From NCBI GenBank assembly GCA_050014455.1, contig JBEKDH010000001.1, forward strand, positions 6,315-70,314: 64,000 bases of DNA, in the 5' to 3' direction. The position numbers were made by a program, and so were the translations under genes. Origin of the DNA: Terracidiphilus sp. (GTDB lineage Bacteria; Acidobacteriota; Terriglobia; Terriglobales; Acidobacteriaceae). Shown here one piece after another: positions 1 through 9,196 of the stretch; position 1 is the first letter of the stretch; each line of letters opens with the position of its first letter. The notes under the pieces are model-generated. The model ran no database searches and had not been told where the DNA came from. It saw nothing but the letters and a program-made list of their open reading frames with translations.

Positions 1-19
1 GCTTGACATTATGCGAGGG

Positions 20-28
20 ATTATAGCA
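20..28 (-). promoter_or_regulatory. Extended -10 promoter (TGcTATAAT) firing leftwards off the window edge
   Basis: Minus strand reads GGTGCTATAAT, then 10 nt, then ATG at 9..7. The downstream gene lies outside the window. Confidence 0.4.
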
Positions 29-135
29 CCGGACTGGGAACCCGGGCGTTCCGCCCCAGCGATGGGCGCAGCCGGTCCGCGCGTCTTGAGATTTCCTGGT
101 TACAAATCGCTCCATTCTCTTGTAGAATCGTCGGC

Positions 136-609
136 ATGAAGGGCAACCCGAAGGTCATCGAGCAGTTGAACCGTGCGCTCCGCGAAGAGCTCACCGCCAT
201 CAACCAGTACTTCGTTCACGCCGAAATGTGCGAGAACTGGGGATACGACCGGCTATCCAAGTACATCAAGAAGCAGTCCATCGACGAGATGAAGCACGCC
301 GAGTCGCTCATCGAGCGCATCTTTTTCCTGGATGGCACGCCGAGCATGGAGCCGCTGGCCCTGTCCGTTGGCCAGAACGTCAAGGCGATGATCGAGTCGG
401 ACCTGAAGCTCGAACTGGGCGCCGTTGTTCTGTACAACGAAGCTGTCCGGATCGCAGCGGACGAAAAGGACAACGGCTCGCGCGATCTCTTTGTCAAGCT
501 GCTCAAGGACGAGGAAGAGCACGTGGACTGGCTTGAAGCCCAGTTGCACCAGATTGCCGAGATCGGCTACGAGCGCTATTTGACCACGCAGACCGACAAA
601 GGCGAGTAA
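136..609 (+). CDS. bfr: Bacterioferritin
   Basis: MKGNPKVIEQLN..EELTAINQYFVH, EMKHAE and EEEH ferroxidase ligands, heme-ligand Met; 157 aa. Confidence 0.95.
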   Translation: MKGNPKVIEQLNRALREELTAINQYFVHAEMCENWGYDRLSKYIKKQSIDEMKHAESLIERIFFLDGTPSMEPLALSVGQNVKAMIESDLKLELGAVVLYNEAVRIAADEKDNGSRDLFVKLLKDEEEHVDWLEAQLHQIAEIGYERYLTTQTDKGE

Positions 610-691
610 ATGTATCCCAGGTCTCAAGATCGTCTTTGCGACCTGGGTGTCGCGCCGCCAACGGGCCTGGTCTCCGATCCCTGACCCCTGC

Positions 692-725
692 AAAAAATGG
701 GCGGCAAGGGTTGCCCCCTGCCGCC
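692..725 (-). terminator. Intrinsic terminator of the flagellin gene
   Basis: Minus strand GGCGGCAGGG-GGCAA-CCCTTGCCGCC followed by a T run, 47 nt after the fliC stop. Confidence 0.75.
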
Positions 726-772
726 GCCCTGTCCCTGGGTTGTCTTGAAGGTGTTGCAGTCTTGCTAAGCCT

Positions 773-3079
773 TTACTGCAAGAGCTTGGTAACTTCCTGC
801 TGCACACTGTTAGCCTGCGCTAACGCGGCGATGCCGGTTTGGCTCAGAATCTCGTATTTCGACATATTCGAGGTCGCCGAGGCATAGTCTGTGGCCTGGA
901 TCGCGTTTTGCGCCGAGACCACGTTCTCCTGCTGGGTACTCATCACCTGGCTGATGGCGTTCAACGTGTTGATCTGGCCGCCCACATAGCCGTCCAGAGC
1001 CGCCGCCGCGCTGATGGACACGTTGATCTCCGTCAGAGCGGTCTCCGCATCGGGCTGGTTATTCAGATCGGTGTTGCTCAGGTTGGCGCCGGTGCCGTCC
1101 GAGTAGCTGATCGTCGCTGTCCCGCCGGTGCCGTTGGTGTCTGTGGTCATGCCGGTGACCGCGGCCCCGCCCCCGGTACTGGAATCCGTTATGGCGCCTG
1201 TGATCCCCACGTTGTAGTATTCGGAATCGTCGGCATTGCCAAACGTGGATACAGGATCGGCAAAGCCGTTGTCGACGGGCGATCCGCCAAAGGTCATGGC
1301 AGAGTCTGCCGATGTGAAAGTGATCTGGTTTCCGGCGGTGTTGAGCGTGGCCGTGACTCCGTACTTGCCGTCGTTGATGTAGGTGGCGAGCTCGGCGATG
1401 TTGGCGGTGGATCCGGCCGCGCCAAGAACGATGGTGTTCTGACCGATCGTGAGGGTGCCTGTGAGGGGGTCGGCGCTGGCTGTCACCCCAAACAGGCCCA
1501 CCTGGCTGTAGTATGAGGTGCCGGTTGTGGGCGTGCTGGTCAAGGCAGCGACGACGGGAATGGGAGTGGTGGCCCCCAGCGCAGCCCATGCAAGGGATGA
1601 TATGTCGGTGCCTGCCGCGGCCGCCGTGAGCGTCAATGTCTTGCCCGCGCCGGTGATCAACCCGGTCACGCCGAAGTTGGGGTTGGCAGCGGCGTAGGCA
1701 TTGATGGTCGCATTCAGTTGGGCAAGGGTTTGCGTCGATCCCGGCGTGCCGAGCGCGAAGGTATGGTTGGTTCCCTTGTACCCATCAATGGTGATTGAGC
1801 CAGTCAGGTCGTCGGTGCTGCTGTTGGTAAGCACCAGGGTGCCGATCGCGCCGCCGGCCGCGGCGGTCACAACGGTGGCGGCCGGGGTTATCGTGTCGGG
1901 AAACTGAATTGTGTCAGTAATGTTTGCGCCGGCGACGGACACGGCGGAGTTCGCCGTGGTGAAGGTGAGGATGGTGCCGGCGCCATTTACGGAGGCCGTC
2001 ACGCCCAGGTCGTCGGTGTTGATGGTTGCCGCCAGGTTCGAGAGCGTGTCAGTGGAGTTGGTCGCGCCCAGTGTGACGGTGTGGGTCTTGCCGTCGGAGC
2101 CCACAATGGTCAGCGTGCCTCCCAGCAGATCCGTACTGGCGTTGACCGAGAGGGCGCCCACCACTCCCGCGCCGTTGGTGCCCGTTCCCAGGCCCGTTCC
2201 GGAGATCTCGATGCCGGTATCGGAGCCCGTGCCGGCGGTGGTGCCGTTGGCCGCTTCCGCGGTATTGACGGCCGCGGTTCCTGCCTGCTGCGCCGTCGCA
2301 AAGCTGGCGCTCAGGCCCAGGCCCGAGTTGTTGATGGCGTCGATCAAGCCCTTGGCGGTATTGGCGTAGCTGGTGCCTGAGCCCACGGTGATGGGCGCGG
2401 TTGCGGTCACCACCGAGCCGCCCGTTCCTTTGGTCAGATAGCTCACGTCGATGGTGGTCGAGGTACCGCCGAGGCTGTCGCTGATCGACGCGTTGGTGCC
2501 GTCCTTCGACAGGTCGACGAATACGTTGTTCGCGCCGCTGCTGTACGAGATTACGCCGTTGGAGTCGCCCACGTTGGATGAGGACAGCGGGCGAATGTAC
2601 AGGTCGTCGATCGACGAGCCGGTGGTCGAAGAGTCGCCGGTGTAGATGGCGATGGTGTTGCCGGCAAAGACCTGTTCCTGGTTGTAGGTGGTCGTCGATC
2701 CGATGTTATTGATTTCCGAAAGGATCGACTGGTACTCCTGGTTAGCCGCCGCCTCCTGGGTACTGTTGAGGGTGCCGTTCGAGGCTTCGGTGGCCAGCGT
2801 GATGGCGCGGTCCAGCAGGTTGGTCACCTGCGACAGCGCGCCGTCGGCCACATCCAAAAGCCCCACGCCCTCGGTGGCGTTCGTCTCCGACTGGGTCAGA
2901 GCGGTCTGGTTGGCCTCCAGGCCGTTCACCAGCGAAAGCCCCGCGGCGTCGTCCGCTCCCGAGTTGATCTTCGACCCCGACGACAACTGCTGCAAGACCG
3001 TCTGCAGGCTGTTGTTCGTGTTGTTCAGGTTGTTCGCCGCCTGAATCGCCGACAGATTGTTCAAAACACCGAGGGCCAT
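773..3079 (-). CDS. fliC: Flagellin, 768 aa, with large hypervariable centre
   Basis: N-term MALGVLNNLSA..LSSGSKINSGADDAAGL and C-term IQATDYASATSNMSKYEILSQTGIAALAQAN. Start moved to ATG 3079 (SD GGAG upstream). Confidence 0.95.
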   Translation of the reverse strand: MALGVLNNLSAIQAANNLNNTNNSLQTVLQQLSSGSKINSGADDAAGLSLVNGLEANQTALTQSETNATEGVGLLDVADGALSQVTNLLDRAITLATEASNGTLNSTQEAAANQEYQSILSEINNIGSTTTYNQEQVFAGNTIAIYTGDSSTTGSSIDDLYIRPLSSSNVGDSNGVISYSSGANNVFVDLSKDGTNASISDSLGGTSTTIDVSYLTKGTGGSVVTATAPITVGSGTSYANTAKGLIDAINNSGLGLSASFATAQQAGTAAVNTAEAANGTTAGTGSDTGIEISGTGLGTGTNGAGVVGALSVNASTDLLGGTLTIVGSDGKTHTVTLGATNSTDTLSNLAATINTDDLGVTASVNGAGTILTFTTANSAVSVAGANITDTIQFPDTITPAATVVTAAAGGAIGTLVLTNSSTDDLTGSITIDGYKGTNHTFALGTPGSTQTLAQLNATINAYAAANPNFGVTGLITGAGKTLTLTAAAAGTDISSLAWAALGATTPIPVVAALTSTPTTGTSYYSQVGLFGVTASADPLTGTLTIGQNTIVLGAAGSTANIAELATYINDGKYGVTATLNTAGNQITFTSADSAMTFGGSPVDNGFADPVSTFGNADDSEYYNVGITGAITDSSTGGGAAVTGMTTDTNGTGGTATISYSDGTGANLSNTDLNNQPDAETALTEINVSISAAAALDGYVGGQINTLNAISQVMSTQQENVVSAQNAIQATDYASATSNMSKYEILSQTGIAALAQANSVQQEVTKLLQ

Positions 3080-3189
3080 GGGAGGACTCCATTTCAGGAT
3101 GCCTTCAATCGCGCTCGTTCCCGCGGTGCATCTTTCCCTCCGCCAGGTTCTCCGCAACAACCGGATGAGCGTTCTCGCATCCACACCTT

Positions 3190-3216
3190 TCATCGGTCCC
3201 CGCGGAAATAACTTTA
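3190..3216 (-). promoter_or_regulatory. Sigma-28 (FliA) promoter of fliC
   Basis: TAAA-N15-ACCGATGA versus consensus TAAA-N15-GCCGATAA; exact spacing. Confidence 0.8.
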
Positions 3217-3556
3217 GTCATAAATTCCAGGAACGCTCCCGATCCCCACTGTCGCCCCTCGATTCAACCTGTCCCGGTTCCGTTCACCCGCTGTCCCAGG
3301 ACGCTCCAATCACTGTCCCAACCCGCTTCAATCGCTGTTCTGTTGCGCTCCAGGGGTTTGTCCCGATTCGATCCAGCCGCCAAGGCCGTTGCGGTGCCCG
3401 GAATCAAGCTGAAAGGCCGATTCAGCCCACGCAACCGCTCACACGCGAGCACAGCGCGGCAAAAAAATCGGCGGCAAGAGGATCGCCCCTTGCCGCCATC
3501 GGTATGAACATCAACCGTAGTTGCTCTCTGCCTGTAAGCCTGTCGTGAATCTCCTG

Positions 3557-4291
3557 TTACTGCACGTCTCCCGTGCCGGCCAGCGCGGCCGCGTCCGATT
3601 CGGCGCCGTCGTCAACCATGCTCTGAGGCGCCGGAGCTGCCGGCGCCGCACCCGGCGGAGCGGGAGGAGGAGGAGGCAACTGGTGATGATACTGGTGGAA
3701 CTGGCCGCCCGGTCCCTGCGCGCCCGGTCCCTGGCCGCCGGGTTTCCAGCCTTCGCGTCCCGGCCCGCCCGGACCACCCTGGCCATCGCGTCCCCAGCCG
3801 CGTCCCTGCTGCCCACGACGGTCGCGCAGGGCCTGCACCTGCTTCCACTGATCGGGCGTGAGCTTGCCGCGAATCGCCAGCAGGAAGCGCGCGTTTGCCT
3901 TTTCAAGCTCCGCTCGCGCCTGCGCCACCTTGTCGATCTGGGCCAGTATTCTGCCCTCGTTGGGCTGGTCGTCCTTGACCAGCGGCTCCAGCTCCAGCTC
4001 CGCCTTTTGGAGGCTGGCGCGAAGGTCGATCAGCTTCTCCCGATGTTCGAGCAGAATACCGTCCATCGCCTTTCGCTGCTCGTCGGTCAACTTCAACTCC
4101 GCCACCAACCGCGGATTGTTCCACCAGCGCCCATGGTCGCCCTGCGGCCCGAACGCCCGCTCCATCGGAGGCCGATGCTCACCCATGCCCATGCCGCCTC
4201 CTCCGCCCGCCGGTCCTTGCGCCAGCGCCGATCCCGCCATCAATACGCTCGCAACCGCCAACCCCAACCGCACCGCCATGCTTCCCTTCAT
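3557..4291 (-). CDS. Spy/CpxP-family periplasmic protein with Pro/Gly-rich tail
   Basis: Signal peptide, LKLTDEQ and LTPDQ (LTxxQ) motifs, coiled coil. Start at ATG 4291 with SD GGAGGAG. Confidence 0.8.
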   Translation of the reverse strand: MKGSMAVRLGLAVASVLMAGSALAQGPAGGGGGMGMGEHRPPMERAFGPQGDHGRWWNNPRLVAELKLTDEQRKAMDGILLEHREKLIDLRASLQKAELELEPLVKDDQPNEGRILAQIDKVAQARAELEKANARFLLAIRGKLTPDQWKQVQALRDRRGQQGRGWGRDGQGGPGGPGREGWKPGGQGPGAQGPGGQFHQYHHQLPPPPPAPPGAAPAAPAPQSMVDDGAESDAAALAGTGDVQ

Positions 4292-4354
4292 TGCCCTCTC
4301 CTCCACCTATTAACTTCTCAGGGTTTCCCTCAGTATCGTTCTCTCCCGGTTCGT

Positions 4355-4822
4355 TTACTTGCGCTCGTCCTCAGCCATCAATTGAGCCAGAGGCTCCATG
4401 GCGTTTGGAACGCCACGCGATACATCGCTGTCTACCTTGGCCAGCAGATCCTCTTCTTCTTCCCGAGCCTGCTGCTCGCTAACCAACCTCTGCCGTTCCT
4501 GAGCAAGCCTTTGCTGCTCGGCCGCCCGCGCCAGCTCCTGGCGCTGATGCCGCTCGAAGACCATTCCAGAGACGCCGCCTGCCGCCAAGGTCAGCCCCAG
4601 CGCCCAGCCCGCCGCCAGCCGCCAACTCCGCCGTCGCACAACCTGCGCCACTGTCCGGGGCCGGCTATACGCTGCTTCGCTCCAGGCATGTACGCTTAGG
4701 CGGAAATCCTCCAGCGCCTGCCCCAGCACCAAATCCAGCTTCTCGTCCGCAACTGGCTCCAGCTGCCGGCTCCGTTCCGCCGGCTCTTCCCGCCTGTCTC
4801 CAAATCCCACTCTAGAACTCAT
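4355..4822 (-). CDS. Putative membrane-anchored anti-sigma factor
   Basis: ATGA overlap with the ECF sigma stop; single TM segment (WRLAAGWALGLTLAAGGVSGMVF); C-terminal coiled coil ending AMEPLAQLM. Confidence 0.65.
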   Translation of the reverse strand: MSSRVGFGDRREEPAERSRQLEPVADEKLDLVLGQALEDFRLSVHAWSEAAYSRPRTVAQVVRRRSWRLAAGWALGLTLAAGGVSGMVFERHQRQELARAAEQQRLAQERQRLVSEQQAREEEEDLLAKVDSDVSRGVPNAMEPLAQLMAEDERK

Positions 4823-5418
4823 CGCCCGCCCCCAAGCTCCGCGCGCACTCTTGTGAGCGCCCGCGAAAGGTGCGCTTTCACCGTGCCCTCGCTCAACCCG
4901 GTGGCCCGCGCAATCTCGCCCAACTCCTGCTCCTCCACGTAGCGCAGCAGAAAAACCGTTCGCTGCCTCTCGCTGAGGCCTTTCACAGCCCTCCAAACCT
5001 GGCCGACCCGCTCCCGCGCCAGCAACTGCCGTTCCGCGGAACTCTCGCCGCTTGGCAGCCACTCGCTGGCCTCGTCCAGGTCCACCGCGTTGGTCCGCGT
5101 CTGCCGCCAGAACTGCATCCGCCGGTTCCGCCAATGATCTTTCTGCAGGTTGATCGCGATGCGCATCAACCACGTCATCGCGCTCGACTCGCCCCGGAAG
5201 CTGCCCCAGTTCCGGTGCGCCTTCAGAAAGCACTCCTGCGTCAGCGTCTCCGCCAGGTCCAGGTCGCGCGTGGATGCCAGCAGAAACCTGAATACCTGCG
5301 GCCGGTGACGTTCCACCACTCGCGAAAACTCATCGTTGGCAGTCTCCAGCTCTCGCGCGGCAATCTCCTCCGCCGTGGCCCGTATGATCGGTTCCATTGC
5401 TGTGCCGGCTGCCATCAC
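4819..5418 (-). CDS. ECF RNA polymerase sigma factor
   Basis: Region 2 (AETLTQECFLKA..FRGESSAMTWLMRIAIN) and region 4 (LSERQRTVFLLRY..EIARATGLSEGTVKAHLSRA). Confidence 0.93.
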   Translation of the reverse strand: MMAAGTAMEPIIRATAEEIAARELETANDEFSRVVERHRPQVFRFLLASTRDLDLAETLTQECFLKAHRNWGSFRGESSAMTWLMRIAINLQKDHWRNRRMQFWRQTRTNAVDLDEASEWLPSGESSAERQLLARERVGQVWRAVKGLSERQRTVFLLRYVEEQELGEIARATGLSEGTVKAHLSRALTRVRAELGGGR

Positions 5419-5423
5419 TCAGG

Positions 5424-5452
5424 TAGACGCCCCCACCGGCTGCAAGTTTACA
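5424..5452 (-). promoter_or_regulatory. Putative autoregulated ECF-type promoter
   Basis: TGTAAAC-N16-CGTCTA, 5 nt upstream of the sigma factor GTG; matches the AAC-N16-CGTC ECF architecture. Confidence 0.6.
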
Positions 5453-5574
5453 GCACACATCCGATTCCCATCCATAAAAGAATTGTCTCCAGCAGCGCCA
5501 ATCTGCTGTTACCCCTTCTTCGCGAATTCGCCCCACTGACAACTGACCACTGAGAACTGTAAACTGGTTTCGCC

Positions 5575-6279
5575 ATGCTTCTTGACGCGCTCCGCCAGCA
5601 AGTCCTCCTCGCCAACCAGGAGATCGCCCGCCGGGGTCTTGCCCCCCATACCTTCGGCAACGCCAGCGGCATCGATCGCTCCGGCTCCGAGCCGCTGGTG
5701 GTCATCAAGCCCAGCGGGGTCGCCTACGCCTCGCTTACTCCCTCCGACCTGGTGGTCACCGATCTGGACGGCAAGATCGTAGAAGGCTCCCTTCGCCCCT
5801 CAAGCGACCTGGATACGCACACCTGCCTCTATCGCGAGTTTCCCTCGATCGGCGGTATCGTCCACACCCACTCCGAGTTCGCCACCTCGTGGGCCCAGGC
5901 CGGCCGCCCCATCCCTTGCCTCGGCACCACCCACGCCGACTACTTCCACGGACCCGTCCCCGTCACCGAACCCCTCACCGGCGAGGAGGTCGCCGAGGCC
6001 TACGAGCGCTCGACGGGCACCGTTATCGTCCGCCACTTCCGCTCGCGGAACCTCGACCCCATCGCTGTCCCCGGCGTGCTGGTCGCGGGCCACGCCCCCT
6101 TCACCTGGGGAAAGTCGCCTTCGGCAGCCGTGGAGCACGCCGACGTCCTCGAATACATCGCGCGGCTCGCCTTCCGCAGCGTCCTTCTCGGAGCGCCCGA
6201 ATCGGGAATCCCGCTCTACGTTGCCGAGCACCACTACCAGCGCAAGCACGGCCCCAAGGCCACCTACGGCCAGCTCTGA
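5575..6279 (+). CDS. araD: L-ribulose-5-phosphate 4-epimerase
   Basis: Class II aldolase motifs TFGNASGIDR, IKPSGV, PSSDLDTH, HTHS, GTTHADYFHGPVP, HGPKATYGQ. Confidence 0.93.
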   Translation: MLLDALRQQVLLANQEIARRGLAPHTFGNASGIDRSGSEPLVVIKPSGVAYASLTPSDLVVTDLDGKIVEGSLRPSSDLDTHTCLYREFPSIGGIVHTHSEFATSWAQAGRPIPCLGTTHADYFHGPVPVTEPLTGEEVAEAYERSTGTVIVRHFRSRNLDPIAVPGVLVAGHAPFTWGKSPSAAVEHADVLEYIARLAFRSVLLGAPESGIPLYVAEHHYQRKHGPKATYGQL

Positions 6280-6366
6280 CGGCGGGCCCGGACGAGGCCA
6301 CTTGCCGCGCCGTCGCGGCAGTATGCTATTTCGGGATGCCTTGCCGATACGGGTCTATCTGAACAA

Positions 6367-6668
6367 GTAAGTATCCTCCGGCAGAGCCGGAGGCTTCATG
6401 GTGGCCCCTCGAAGGAGCCCGTGTAGGACACTTCATGCTGGAAGCAGCCCGTCGCCCGCGCCGTAGGCGCTGTGGTTGTTAGCCCAGCGCTTCAGCGCTG
6501 GGAAAGCAGCCCCATAACGCCTCCGGAGTCCCATAGGGACGACGCTTCATTCTCCATGTCATCCCCTTTGCTTTTCCTGCGAAAGATGGGTCAAGACACA
6601 AACGGGGACCACTTCGGGAACTGTCAAACTTCGACTCTCGCCCCGGCAGAGCCGGGGGTTTTCCCATT
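6367..6668 (-). mobile_element. Non-autonomous IS200/IS605-like miniature element (no tnpA)
   Basis: Two same-strand hairpins, CCTCCGGCAGAGCCGGAGG (6375-6393) and CCCCGGCAGAGCCGGGG (6641-6657), in end contexts resembling IS200-type ends from recall; no transposase ORF between them. Confidence 0.5.
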
Positions 6669-6719
6669 TGTAATAATTGGCGCTACGAATATTGGCGCTA
6701 AGAATATGAGGTTCAGCTC

Positions 6720-7412
6720 CTAGTTCTTGACCACCGGCCAGCGATAATGGGCAACCGCCCGTTGCTGGAAGAACGCCTCGATGGGGCTCTCCTCGGCTCC
6801 GCGGCCAATGTTATGCACCACACTTGTGTGCGCGCCCGCGCTCACCACAATCCCCACGTGCGGCAGGCGCGCGTCCAGCAGCCAGGTCACAATGTCGCCC
6901 AGCTCGAGCGGCGGAGGGAAGCCGTCGCCCGGCACCGGACCCAAAGCCGCCCACAGCCGCGCCCCGGCCCGCGTCCAATAGGTTTCCAGGTTCAGCACCC
7001 GCCGGTGGTCGATGTTGGCATCCGGCCCGCGCGATCCCCACGCCTTGCGCGCCGGGTAGTCGGCGAAGTGCTTCACCATGTCCTCGTGCACCAGCTTTTG
7101 CAGGTCCAGCCCCAGCGCGTCGCGCGCCGCGCGAATCACCACGTCCGCGCAGACGCCCGTCGACCGCGGCACATCGCCGCCCGGATAACTCAGATGCGTC
7201 CAGCCGGGGTCGTAGCCTACGGTCACGCCCAGTTGCGCCCGCGCCGCGTCGGCCAGCCGCTGCCCGCTGGTCGCAGGCGTCCGTCCTGCTTCCGCACTGA
7301 CTTCGCCGAAGGCCCGGCCTGAGCGAAGGCGAAGCGGCCCTGCCGCAACCCAAACCGCCGCCAAGCCGCCAAGAACGCGTCGCCGCTCCACCGTTCGATC
7401 CCCCTTCGGCAA
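6720..7412 (-). CDS. DUF1287 (YijF-like) protein with Tat-like signal
   Basis: YDPGW..YPGGDVP..GVCADVVIRA, DANIDHRRVLNL, GDIVTW..LPHVGIV..HNIG; N-term RRRVLGG. Confidence 0.85.
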   Translation of the reverse strand: MPKGDRTVERRRVLGGLAAVWVAAGPLRLRSGRAFGEVSAEAGRTPATSGQRLADAARAQLGVTVGYDPGWTHLSYPGGDVPRSTGVCADVVIRAARDALGLDLQKLVHEDMVKHFADYPARKAWGSRGPDANIDHRRVLNLETYWTRAGARLWAALGPVPGDGFPPPLELGDIVTWLLDARLPHVGIVVSAGAHTSVVHNIGRGAEESPIEAFFQQRAVAHYRWPVVKN

Positions 7413-7418
7413 ACCGTC

Positions 7419-8807
7419 CTATTTGACTTCGAAGAGTGCGCTGCCGTGAGCCGGCAAGGTCACCTTTACTTGATTCGATTCCTTGCCCGCGCTGTCGGTG
7501 AACAGATCCCGGGCGGTGTGCTTGCCACCGTCCAAGCCAAGCTGCTTCCAGGTGGCGCGCAGCGTCGCCGGCTGGTCGTCCAGGTTGAAGAAGGCAAAGA
7601 ACTCGGTGTAATTCCTGGCGCCCGGCGAGTCAATGGTCGCCCGCCACACCCGGGAGTGCTCAAAGCCGGCGGGCAGGCTGGCGGCATCGAGCGGATGGCT
7701 GTAAGTCACATTCTGGTTCATGAAGAGAACTGCCTGATTGGTGACCAGCCCGCGCGTAAAGTCGTCCAGTCGGGTCAGATTGGCCCCCAGAATCAGCGGC
7801 GAGCGGGCAATGGCCCACAGCGTGAACTCGCTGCGCTGCTCGTCCTGAGTCTCGCGCGACTGCCTGGGCTCGCCCCAGCCGGGATGCGGTCCCAGCCAGC
7901 CCCAGGGCAGCATGTCCTCATCGGGCCAGTTGCCCGCCTTCACATAGGGGAACCACTTGGCCAGCCGGTCGAAGGCATCGCGCACGCCAAACGGAAACTC
8001 GCCGTCGCCAGCTTTATGGGTGAAGGTCCATCCGTCCCAGTGGTCGTCGGAGATGCGCCACAGTTGCGCGTATTCGCCCACCTCGGCCGCGTGTTCCAGT
8101 TGCGTCGGCCCCGGCGAAAGGCTCAGCACGATCGGCCGCCCCGTCTTCCGGATCGCCGCCGCAATCTGCTTGATCTCCGTGATCCGGTAGGGATGGTCGC
8201 TGATGCAATCCACCTTGATGTAGTCCAGGTCCCACGCGGCATACAGCTTCATCATCGAGTCGTAGTAAGCCTGCCCGGCGGCATTGTCGGCGACGCCCCA
8301 GTTGCCCTCGTCCCACGGGCAGGGCGAGCTCTTGTCGGCGGCGTCGGCGGCATGAAAGCTCGACCCCGCGATGGGCAGATTCTCCTCAACCACCTGGCGC
8401 GGAATCCCGCGCACAATATGGATGCCGAACTTCAGCCCCTGAGCGTGGACCCAGTCGGCCAGCGGCTTGAAACCCGCGCCATCGGTCGAGGAGGGAAACC
8501 GGCTCACCACCGGAATTAGAATCCCGTGTGCGTCCCACAGATACTTGCGCGTCTCCACATTGTCGCCGAAGGGATTCTGCATATACCACCCCTCGTCGAT
8601 TACGGCATACTGCCAGCCATACACCTTCAGCCCCGCCAGCACGGCAGCGTTGGCGCGGAAGTCGGCCTCATCGATGGTCAGCCCATAGGCATCCCAACTG
8701 TTCCAGCCCATGGGCGGCGAGGGAGCGGGGTTCTGTGCGTGGTTGGAAACGGCGGCCAGGGCCGGAATGGCAAGAAGAGCGAAGAAGAAAACTCTGCGGA
8801 AGCTCAT
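7419..8807 (-). CDS. Alpha-galactosidase / GH27 glycoside hydrolase, secreted
   Basis: PPMGWNSWD, YAVIDEGW, WDLDYIKVDC, WRISDD, WPDEDML, LILGANL. Confidence 0.9.
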   Translation of the reverse strand: MSFRRVFFFALLAIPALAAVSNHAQNPAPSPPMGWNSWDAYGLTIDEADFRANAAVLAGLKVYGWQYAVIDEGWYMQNPFGDNVETRKYLWDAHGILIPVVSRFPSSTDGAGFKPLADWVHAQGLKFGIHIVRGIPRQVVEENLPIAGSSFHAADAADKSSPCPWDEGNWGVADNAAGQAYYDSMMKLYAAWDLDYIKVDCISDHPYRITEIKQIAAAIRKTGRPIVLSLSPGPTQLEHAAEVGEYAQLWRISDDHWDGWTFTHKAGDGEFPFGVRDAFDRLAKWFPYVKAGNWPDEDMLPWGWLGPHPGWGEPRQSRETQDEQRSEFTLWAIARSPLILGANLTRLDDFTRGLVTNQAVLFMNQNVTYSHPLDAASLPAGFEHSRVWRATIDSPGARNYTEFFAFFNLDDQPATLRATWKQLGLDGGKHTARDLFTDSAGKESNQVKVTLPAHGSALFEVK

Positions 8808-9196
8808 GCGGAAACGTATACCACAATTGCTGGGCTCTCGACACGGGAACAGTCAAAAGGTCAATGGCGCCGTTTCCGAATATGCGATCATTCGACCGGA
8901 AATCGGACGGCTAGCCTGAGCGCCCTGGGATGTCGGCGTCAACTGACACCCAACTTCCGAATTGCCCGTCACACGACTGCAATCGGCGTCAAGGAACCCT
9001 GCGCAAGTGTCTGTTCTGCAGTCGGCATCCCCTCAGGGGCTTTGCCTGGAAAGTACCATTTTCGACCGGCTTTTTGGCCGTGAACTCGACATTAGGGGCA
9101 AGAACCGGGACTCTGCAGAGATATTCCAAGGAGATACATCCGGCGCGCATACTTAGACGAAATGCATCGTTGTGAACAGAAAGACTGAGGTGGGGT

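Noticed and set aside
8810-9196. ncRNA or small gene in the GH27-hydrolase intergenic region
   Set aside because: I could discern no convincing structure, SD-led ORF or known motif.
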